This document shows, one piece after another, positions 1 to 6,606 of a stretch of 15,669 nucleotides of DNA (its first letter is position 1; each line of letters starts with the position of its first letter). The stretch is from assembly GCA_965215885.1 (NCBI GenBank), contig CBDCEW010000053.1, positions 1-15,669 of the forward strand, given 5' to 3'. Both the position numbers and the translations under genes were made by a program. This DNA is from Candidatus Moanibacter sp. (lineage in GTDB: Bacteria; Verrucomicrobiota; Verrucomicrobiia; Opitutales; UBA2987). The notes under the pieces were generated by a model. That model saw nothing but the letters and a program-made list of their open reading frames with translations. It was not told the DNA's origin and searched no databases.

Positions 1-36
1 GGAGGGATTGTAGTACGGATGGGGAAGGAAGCCCGA

Positions 37-77
37 CGGATTCGGCAGGCTCACCGCAGGCGGATTCGGCAGGCTCA
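37..77. repeat. Tandem copies of a 24-bp micro-element (core ATTCGGCAGGCTCA)
   Basis: CGGATTCGGCAGGCTCA occurs at 37-53 and 61-77 (period 24). The same core recurs inside the 24-bp insertion at 11747-11770. A hairpin TCCCGG-CAAG-CCGGGA follows at 78-93. Confidence 0.85.
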
Positions 78-282
78 TCCCGGCAAGCCGGGAATTCGAG
101 CCGTCTTCTCCCGCTCAGCTGGATACGCCGAGCCAGGGAAAACCGCAGGTTGGGGAAAAGGGATCGAGACAGGATGAGAAATCTAAGAGAAAGTGAGTGG
201 GAGAGTTCTCACTTACCTTTGGCGGTGTCCGTAAAGGCCCTGTTGTATGTGGCAAACTCGAGTGGCAATTGTAACTCCCCAC

Positions 283-411
283 TCATCTTGCGCCAAGCCC
301 CACGAAGATTGCGATAATCAATAAAACGGCCCATGCGAAATGCTTCCCCTTCGACACTGCAACAGATACGGCGGCCGAAATTAGGAACGTGATCGCTATG
401 ACAATCATCAT
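283..411 (-). CDS. Possible small two-helix membrane protein or C-terminal gene fragment
   Basis: MMIVIAITFLISAAVSVAVSKGKHFAWAVLLIIAIFVGLGAR has two hydrophobic stretches separated by KGKH. The upstream part of the listed 283..552 ORF is antisense to the MazF relic, so the start is uncertain. Confidence 0.3.
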   Translation of the reverse strand: MMIVIAITFLISAAVSVAVSKGKHFAWAVLLIIAIFVGLGAR

Positions 412-439
412 CTGCCGTATTGCTTTCTCTTCGGGAAGT

Positions 440-669
440 GATGCCAGCATGGCAGTGTGTCCGCTGACCTCAATCATAATTGATGCTCCGCTCTTCCGGA
501 TCGCCGTAGAATCAGATGAGGGAAACGGGTTAAAGGTGCCTTCACAAATCATGTCGACAAGATGACGGCCTTGAGATCGAATCGATTCAAATCTGTCATT
601 GGACGTTAAACCGACTCAAAGTTGGGTAGTATTGATCATGCTCTTCGCCTGTGGCTGGGGCTCGACTGA
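440..669 (+). pseudogene. PemK/MazF-family toxin pseudogene (C-terminal two thirds)
   Basis: Manual translation gives DASMAVCPLTSIIIDAPLFRIAVESDEGNGLKVPSQIM, then a 1-nt deletion near 553, then DKMTALRSNRFKSVIGR*TDSKLGSIDHALRLWLGLD*. This matches the MazF pattern VCPLTS..DAPLFR..NGL..SQIMVDK..IGRL..ALRLWLGL. There is a premature TAA at 607-609 and the N-terminal KPRPAV motif is absent. Confidence 0.88.
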
Positions 670-721
670 ATTCTTCCAGAAGGCAAACTTTTTCATGGTC
701 TGCAAAGAATCGCAGGCGCAT
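596..721 (-). pseudogene. Stub of a DUF5615 (PIN-like) toxin; only the first ~9 codons are recognisable
   Basis: The ATG at 721-719 overlaps the DUF433 stop (TGATG) and reads MRLRFFADH, like the (M)xFxxD start of DUF5615 toxins that usually follow DUF433. The frame then runs into the antisense of the MazF relic and stops at 596. Confidence 0.6.
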
Positions 722-945
722 CAGACAGCCACTTCGAATTCTGCCAGCTCACGAGCATAATCCAGGCAGGCAGCGATCTGCTGATAGGTGAGGTCGGGAA
801 GTTCAGCCATGATTTGTTCGGGGCTGCTGCCGGCCGCAAGATAACCTAGAATCAGGCTTACGGGAATCCTGGTCACTTTGATACGCGGCCTGCCTCGAAG
901 AACATTCGGGGTGCTTTCTATATGGTCTTGCCAGGCAATGCTCAT
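721..945 (-). CDS. DUF433-family antitoxin
   Basis: HIESTPNVLRGRPRIKVTRIPVSLILGYLAAG..EQIMAELPDLTYQQIAACLDYA is the typical DUF433 pattern. GGAGG directly abuts ATG 951 and lies 6 nt before ATG 945, which favours 945 as the start. Confidence 0.92.
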   Translation of the reverse strand: MSIAWQDHIESTPNVLRGRPRIKVTRIPVSLILGYLAAGSSPEQIMAELPDLTYQQIAACLDYARELAEFEVAV

Positions 946-1075
946 TGTCATCCTCCCAGTCTATTGAATCTTACGTTTTGTATTAATCAACAGGCTTTCG
1001 AGCAAGGCTGCGCTATTGTGGGGAGAAAGGCAACAGCACAATCTTAAGAAAGTGACTTGCCTTCGGTTGAATCTG

Positions 1076-1249
1076 ATGGCAACTCATGTGACAACGAGCA
1101 TTCGACTGCCAGGCAGACTGCGCGAACGGCGGGAAAAGCGGGCGAAGTTGAAGGGACGCGGCAAGAACTGGATCATTACTCGAGCCCTCCAAGAGTATCT
1201 GAAGGTGCAAGAACAGGAAGAACTCAAGCGGCAGGCGCGACGGGAATAG
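1076..1249 (+). CDS. Ribbon-helix-helix (CopG-like) putative antitoxin, possibly C-terminally truncated
   Basis: MATHVTTSIRLPGRLRERREKRAKLKGRGKNWIITRALQEYL shows a beta strand TSIRL plus two helices with the xxIxxALxEYL pattern. It ends ..QARRE with a TAG directly before the mannosidase ATG. Confidence 0.75.
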   Translation: MATHVTTSIRLPGRLRERREKRAKLKGRGKNWIITRALQEYLKVQEQEELKRQARRE

Positions 1250-4200
1250 ATGATGTTCATGGACCGGAAAATTGCGGAGAAACTGGCGCAGATTGAACGC
1301 CGTTATGCGGATCTCCGTTTCCATGCGGCTGGCGAAGTGGAAATGGATTACTGCGAGACCAGGGAACATTTCACCCATGTGCCAAAGTCGGGCGATAATG
1401 TTGAGTGGAAGCCCGCGGTCGCCGGAGTGCGGTGGGGTGGTCCCGGGATAACCGCCTGGTTCAGGGGTGCGGAGAAGCTGCCGCCCGCCTGCCGTGGTGA
1501 AAAGGTATTCGTCCGGGCCCGGTGCGGAGGAATCGAAACGCTCTTTGTGGTGAACGGAGAACATCGAGGGGTATTCGATCGAAATCATCCGGTCGTGATG
1601 TTGACCGCCAGGGGCTCAACCCGTAAGGTCTACAAGCTGACCTTCGAGGCCTATGCAGGTCATCTCTTTCCGGGAACGCAGCCGGACGACACGATGGCGA
1701 CGTGGCGCCGACGAGCGGGTTATTCCCCGGAGTTCGAGACGCGCTTCGAGAAGGTCGAGCTGCTGCTGCGGCGGGAGGATGTAACAGCCTTCGTCTTCGA
1801 TCTGCGAGTGCTTCTCCAGTTGGTCGGCGCCCTCGAGGAGGATAGCGCGCGCCGGGGCCGCATCCTTGCAGAACTCGGAAAGGTGTTCGAGCGAATCGAT
1901 GCGTTCCCCGCTGAGCGATCGGAGGAGAGCTGGCGCCTAAAACTGCAAGAGGCCCGGAAAATCATGCGCCCCCTCCTGGAAGCTAAGAATGGGGACAGCG
2001 CGCCGCAGGCGGGTCTGATCGGTCACTCCCACATCGATACGGCCTGGCTGTGGACCCTGGACGAAACCCGGCGCAAGTGCGCCCGGACATTCTCCTCCGT
2101 TCTCAATCTGATGGAGCAGTATTCCGAATTCCTCTTCATCCAGAGCGCGCCATACCACATGGAGATGATGCGGGAGAGCTATCCGGCGCTCTTCCGGCGG
2201 ATCCGCGGGGCGGTGAAGAGCGGTCGCTGGGAGCCGAATGGAGCGGTCTGGATCGAGCCGGACTGCAACATCCCCTCCGGAGAGTCGCTGATCCGCCAAT
2301 TCCTTGTCGGTCAGCAGTCGACTCGAAGAATGTTCGGATATTCAGCCGACACTCTCTGGCAGCCGGATGTCTTTGGCTACTCCGGCGCTCTTCCCCAGAT
2401 CATGCGCGGCTGTGGTGTGGAATACTTCCTGACCACGAAACTTGCAGCCAACGACACCACCCGGTTCCCCTACGGCACATTCTGGTGGAAGGGGATTGAT
2501 GGGAGCGCCGTCCTGGCCCACTTCAACCGCATTCAGTGCAGTCCCGATCCCAAGACATTGATCGAGCAATGGCGGGAGGTGCAGCACAAGGACGTTCAGG
2601 ATCGGTGGTTGTGTTCCTTTGGTTTGGGAGACGGAGGAGGCGGTCCGCAAGACGAGATGCTCGAGATGGCCCGGCGGGTTGGCGATTTGGAAGGTTGCCC
2701 GCGGGCATCCTACACCACGGTCAGCGATTTCATGCGGGGAGTGCGCGACGAACTGGGAGAAAAGCTCCCTGAATATCTCGGCGAACTCTACTTTGAGGCG
2801 ACCCGGGGCACCTATACCTCGATTGCTGAAATCAAGCGGGGAAACCGTCTGGCGGAATTGGCACTGCGCGATGCCGAATTACTATCCACAGTGGCCGCTC
2901 TCGCAGGGCGGAGATACCCGAGTGAAAAACTGCTCGGAATCTGGAAGCAGCTTCTCGTCAACCAGTTCCACGACATTCTCCCTGGCAGCTCGATTTCCGA
3001 AGTCAACGACCGGGCGATCGCCGAGTTGCAGCAGTGCATCGCTGATGCGCGCAATCTGACCGATGGGGCGCTCCTTTCTCTCTGTGGAAAATCGCCTAAG
3101 AATAGCGATTCGGTCCTGGTCTTTAACTCGTTGAGCTGGGAGCGGACAGGCGAACTGGCGCTGAACGGGATACCACGAAACCGGATTCCCGCCGATTCCG
3201 ATCTGACCTGGCAGCGTGTCGAGACAATCGAGAACCGAACACAACTCGTCGTCGCCGGGCTGACGCTTCCTCCAATGGGCGGTCTGCGCATGGACCTGAA
3301 AACAGGTCGAAAAGCAGCGCCTTCCGCGTTCAAAGTCGCAAATTTGTCGGTAGTGACACCATTCTTCCGATGCCGCTTCGACCGGGACGGGAGGATCGTC
3401 TCCCTTGTCGATCGGGAGAGCGGGCGGCAGTTGATCCGGAAGGGTGGGGCGTTCAATGTGTTCTGGCTCGGTGAGGATGTTCCTTTCGGCTGGGACAATT
3501 GGGATATCGACTTTGACCAGGAGGTAAAGATGGGGCCCGTGGGCGGACTCGTGCGCCGCGATCTGGTCGCCGACGGGCCGCTGCAGCTGAGATTCCGTAG
3601 CGAATACCGAATCGGAGATCGCTCCCGACTGATTCAAGATATGGTCTTCCACGCCACGATTCCGCGCATCGATTTCGAGACGGTGGTCGACTGGGAGGAA
3701 ACGCATACACTGCTCAAGGTCGGTTTTGCTACCGATATCCTGGCAACACATGCCCGCCACGAGATTCAGTACGGTCACGTCGAGCGCCCCACGCACCGAA
3801 ACCGTCCGGCGGAAAGGGCGCAGTTCGAGGTATGCTCTCACAAGTGGACGGACCTGTCGGAGAATCGATTGGGCGTGGCCTTGCTCAATGACTGTAAGTA
3901 CGGTGTAAGCGTCCTTGGCGGGGAGATGCGTCTGACCCTGATCAAATCGGGCACCCACCCCGATCCGCGGAGCGACCGCGGGCGGCACCGATTCAACTAT
4001 GCACTTTTGCCGCATGCCGGCACCTTCTGCACCGAGAATGTGATCCGACCTGCCTATGAATTCAACGTCGCGCCGGTCACTTGCCCAATCGCCGGCGGGG
4101 TTCGGGAGATCGACAGTCTGCTCACGGTCAGCGCGCCCCACATCATTGTGGAGGCAGTCAAGTGGGCAGAAGAGGGCGACGGCTTTGTCATACGGCTATA

Positions 4201-4423
4201 CGAGGCGGAGCGCAGCGGCACTTCGGCTGTCATTCGCTTCAACATTCAAATTGAGAGCGTGGAAGAGACCAATATGCTCGAGGAACAGCCGGAGGAGCTG
4301 CGCGTGAAGAATGGGCAGGTCCTACTATACTTCCGGCCCTTCGAGATAAAGACTCTGAAGATCCGCCTGGCGAGATCGCGCGAAGTTGGGACAACTGTGA
4401 CTAACTCTCAAGTTGGGAGCTAA
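1250..4423 (+). CDS. Alpha-mannosidase, glycoside hydrolase family 38 (cytoplasmic, Ams1/MAN2C1-like architecture)
   Basis: 1057-aa ORF with the Zn-binding GHSHIDTAWLW, the nucleophile motif WQPDVFGYS, GDGGGG, NQFHDILPGSSI, ALLNDCKYG and the C-terminal FRPFEIKT. No signal peptide is seen. The start could be 1250, 1253 or 1259. Confidence 0.96.
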   Translation: MMFMDRKIAEKLAQIERRYADLRFHAAGEVEMDYCETREHFTHVPKSGDNVEWKPAVAGVRWGGPGITAWFRGAEKLPPACRGEKVFVRARCGGIETLFVVNGEHRGVFDRNHPVVMLTARGSTRKVYKLTFEAYAGHLFPGTQPDDTMATWRRRAGYSPEFETRFEKVELLLRREDVTAFVFDLRVLLQLVGALEEDSARRGRILAELGKVFERIDAFPAERSEESWRLKLQEARKIMRPLLEAKNGDSAPQAGLIGHSHIDTAWLWTLDETRRKCARTFSSVLNLMEQYSEFLFIQSAPYHMEMMRESYPALFRRIRGAVKSGRWEPNGAVWIEPDCNIPSGESLIRQFLVGQQSTRRMFGYSADTLWQPDVFGYSGALPQIMRGCGVEYFLTTKLAANDTTRFPYGTFWWKGIDGSAVLAHFNRIQCSPDPKTLIEQWREVQHKDVQDRWLCSFGLGDGGGGPQDEMLEMARRVGDLEGCPRASYTTVSDFMRGVRDELGEKLPEYLGELYFEATRGTYTSIAEIKRGNRLAELALRDAELLSTVAALAGRRYPSEKLLGIWKQLLVNQFHDILPGSSISEVNDRAIAELQQCIADARNLTDGALLSLCGKSPKNSDSVLVFNSLSWERTGELALNGIPRNRIPADSDLTWQRVETIENRTQLVVAGLTLPPMGGLRMDLKTGRKAAPSAFKVANLSVVTPFFRCRFDRDGRIVSLVDRESGRQLIRKGGAFNVFWLGEDVPFGWDNWDIDFDQEVKMGPVGGLVRRDLVADGPLQLRFRSEYRIGDRSRLIQDMVFHATIPRIDFETVVDWEETHTLLKVGFATDILATHARHEIQYGHVERPTHRNRPAERAQFEVCSHKWTDLSENRLGVALLNDCKYGVSVLGGEMRLTLIKSGTHPDPRSDRGRHRFNYALLPHAGTFCTENVIRPAYEFNVAPVTCPIAGGVREIDSLLTVSAPHIIVEAVKWAEEGDGFVIRLYEAERSGTSAVIRFNIQIESVEETNMLEEQPEELRVKNGQVLLYFRPFEIKTLKIRLARSREVGTTVTNSQVGS

Positions 4424-4586
4424 CCCTCGCTTCGCAACCTTGATTCCGTTGAGCGGAAAGCGGGAGCTTTTCGTTGTTCGCATCCCAAGATTCGATACCT
4501 CGGCAACACCACTTGAGCCGGGTCGGCGGATTAAGTCCGTCGAATCGAGAATTGACCCACGCTGGATGCTGTATTCCGATCGGTGG

Positions 4587-5528
4587 ATGCAATACCGAAA
4601 ATTCGGCCAGACCGACCTGGAGGTCTCAACGATTTGTTTCGGACCCATGCGATTCGCGGCCAAGTCGCCAGGAGCGGACGAAAAATCCGAAGCTGGGCAA
4701 CGCGCTCTCGAGCGGGCCCTGGAACGCGGGGTCAATTTCATCCATTCCAGCTACGAATACGGTACCCGTTGGGCAATGAGTGAAGTCCTCAGGAGGCACC
4801 CGAAAAGGCATGAGTTGCATCATATTATCAAAGTGCCGGTACCCGATTTCGAAGATGGCGACCGCTTCGATGCCGGCAAATTCAGACATCGCGTGGAAGA
4901 GGCACTCCGCGATCTGCACACTGATCGCATCGCGGTAATTCAACACCTGCAGCGGTCCAAGCCGAATAGCGACGAGCAGAGAATTCCTGGTATTGATGCG
5001 GTCCACGATGAAATGCGCGAGATATTTGAAAAGCTGAAAGAGGAGGGAAAAGTCGGGCACCTCACTACTTTTCCCTATACTCCGGGATTTGCACGCAGGG
5101 CGCTGGAAACCGGAGATTTCAGCGGTCTGGTCGCCTATTATAACTTGATCGAGATGGAGATGTCGGAATTCTTCGCGGACATGGAGGAGCGTGGCGAAGG
5201 GTTTTTCTGCATCCGCCCGTTCATGGCTGGACTGCTCACAAGCGAACGGGCGGAGCGCAATTCACTTTCGGATGGCGATCGGTTTAACGACAGCAAATGG
5301 GACACCGCTTACGAAAGGCTCGGTTTGATCGCTTCTAAGTTCTCAGGAGAGATCGATTCATGGACAGCTTTTTCTATTCGGGTCGCCCTCGCACACCCGA
5401 TTGTTGCCAGCCTGGTTGTCGGCTTGAATAGCGTTGAGCAGGTGGATTCCGTAATCGATGCCGCGGAGGCCGCGCAGGTTGATCACGCCCTGTATTCGAG
5501 AGTGCTGGAGATTTTTCAAGAGCACTGA
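4587..5528 (+). CDS. Aldo/keto reductase family protein
   Basis: The typical AKR start MQYRKFGQTDLEVSTICFG at ATG 4587 is preferred over the listed 4413. Also seen are ALERGVNF, EEALRDLHTDRI, LKEEGKV and LAHPIVASLVVGLNSVEQV. Confidence 0.92.
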   Translation: MQYRKFGQTDLEVSTICFGPMRFAAKSPGADEKSEAGQRALERALERGVNFIHSSYEYGTRWAMSEVLRRHPKRHELHHIIKVPVPDFEDGDRFDAGKFRHRVEEALRDLHTDRIAVIQHLQRSKPNSDEQRIPGIDAVHDEMREIFEKLKEEGKVGHLTTFPYTPGFARRALETGDFSGLVAYYNLIEMEMSEFFADMEERGEGFFCIRPFMAGLLTSERAERNSLSDGDRFNDSKWDTAYERLGLIASKFSGEIDSWTAFSIRVALAHPIVASLVVGLNSVEQVDSVIDAAEAAQVDHALYSRVLEIFQEH

Positions 5529-5529
5529 C

Positions 5530-5697
5530 ATGATTAACCCGTCCGGACAACATGGGTGCCGGCAGACGAAGTGCATGCTCAACAGCAGAAGGATCCTTTA
5601 CCTGGAAAATACCCTGCTTCGTATCGGAATTTATCTTGATAAAGGCGCGGAGTTATTTGAGTTCCGCCACAAACCGACGGACATTGATGCCATGTGG
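5530..5697 (+). pseudogene. N-terminal fragment of an aldose 1-epimerase-like (galactose mutarotase fold, DUF4432-type) protein
   Basis: The ATG lies 1 nt after the AKR stop. HGCR..RILYLENTLLRIGIYLDKGAELFEFRHKPTDIDAMW resembles the LEN-LR-DKGA-I-E-KP-D-W N-terminus of this family. Similarity ends where AT-rich DNA begins (~5700), and the ORF runs on to 5841. Confidence 0.7.
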
Positions 5698-5927
5698 TGC
5701 GAAAGAGAAACTGGTTTCTGTTCTTCCAGGGCAAGAGAAATTGAATGGTACAGAATGGTACCAGGCACTATGGCTAACAATCTTCAATCTAGATTTTCTT
5801 ATAATAATGACGGATATATTAGTGAATGCCGTTTGGAATAAATCGGAATAAATAACCTGTCTATTTATCTCTATATTTCGATGTGACTGACGACGAGGGG
5901 GATACAGAAATCCACATTTTGAAAAAG

Positions 5928-6004
5928 TGGTGGGAGATACTGGATTCGAACCAGTGGCCTCTTGCGTGTCGAGCAAGCGCTCTAACCAACTGAGCTAATC
6001 CCCC
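5928..6004 (-). tRNA. tRNA-Val (anticodon GAC), CCA encoded
   Basis: The reverse complement is GGGGGATTAGCTCAGTTGGTTAGAGCGCTTGCTCGACACGCAAGAGGCCACTGGTTCGAATCCAGTATCTCCCACCA (77 nt). It forms a full cloverleaf with anticodon stem CTTGC/GCAAG, loop TCGACAC, T-loop TTCGAAT and discriminator A. Confidence 0.97.
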
Positions 6005-6204
6005 AGCATTTTGCGGGCGCAAGATGCTATGCACATTGCTCCGCAATGTGAGAGTGAAGAGGTAGAGTGACCTTTCCCTCTCGAGCATGAGAAGGATTGA
6101 ATCTGGCTTGGCGGCATGCAAGATTAAAAATGAGGCAGCGAGGGTTCAGGGTCACAGGGTTCAGTGGTTCACGGTTGAAGGTTGGGGGGTGTCGGGGTTA
6201 CCTT

Positions 6205-6491
6205 GTCGTAAGCTTGGTCGAGGGATCAGTCGAAAAGGGCGACGAAGTTGACGACAAAGCTGACGACGAAGATTCCCTCACGGGAGAGAAGCTCCTTCCA
6301 AACTTAATGGTAAGCTTCGTCGTAAGCTTAGTCGAGAGATCAGCCGAAAAGGCGACAAAGTTGACGACGAAGTTGACGACGAGGATTCCCTCACGGGGAG
6401 AGAAGCTCCTCCTAAACTTAATCGTAAGCTTGGTCGAGAGATCAGCCGAAAACTTCAACCAAGCTGACGATGAGGCTTGCGACGAAGATTC
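6205..6491. repeat. Three tandem imperfect-palindrome units built from 12-bp sub-repeats
   Basis: Units start at 6205, 6319 and 6421 (periods 114 and 102). Each has a left arm (GTCGTAAGCTT..)n-TCGA, a loop GAGATCAGCCGAAAA and a right arm (CGACGAAGTTGA)n, followed by GATTC. Confidence 0.92.
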
Positions 6492-6566
6492 TTGAAACCA
6501 GAGATCTGGAATTCCGGGACCAATGCGGTTGGAGTTGCAAGTGGAGGCGGAATGGGTGATTTGATT

Positions 6567-6601
6567 CTATGAGCCTGTGGGATAAAGTCCGAGGCTCATA
6601 G
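6567..6601. promoter_or_regulatory. Perfect 10-bp inverted repeat overlapping the recN ribosome-binding region
   Basis: CTATGAGCCT (6567-6576) pairs with AGGCTCATAG (6592-6601). AGGA lies at 6600-6603 and the ATG at 6607. Function is not established. Confidence 0.5.
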
Positions 6602-6606
6602 GAACA

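Noticed and set aside
189..204. GAAAGTGAGTGGGAGA as a second att copy of the tRNA 3' end
   Set aside because: The match to AAAGTGGTGGGAGA is short and gapped and could be chance.
283..696. Longer minus-strand gene (ATG 696) with TGA read-through at 616-618
   Set aside because: The 440-669 region is better explained as the plus-strand MazF relic; no selenocysteine or recoding evidence.
4552..4580. Sigma70-like promoter upstream of the AKR (TTGACC)
   Set aside because: No convincing -10 hexamer at 16-18 bp spacing.
1013..5060. Long antisense or alternate-frame ORFs over the mannosidase and AKR (for example 1013..1588, 2812..3498, 2882..4141)
   Set aside because: Shadow ORFs of GC-rich genes with no recognisable motifs.
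5653..6121. ORFs 5653..5976 and 5861..6121
   Set aside because: They overlap the tRNA gene and show no protein family features.
6097..6495. 132-aa and 86-aa ORFs over the tandem repeat
   Set aside because: The same repeat unit is read in different frames in successive copies, so it is not under coding constraint.
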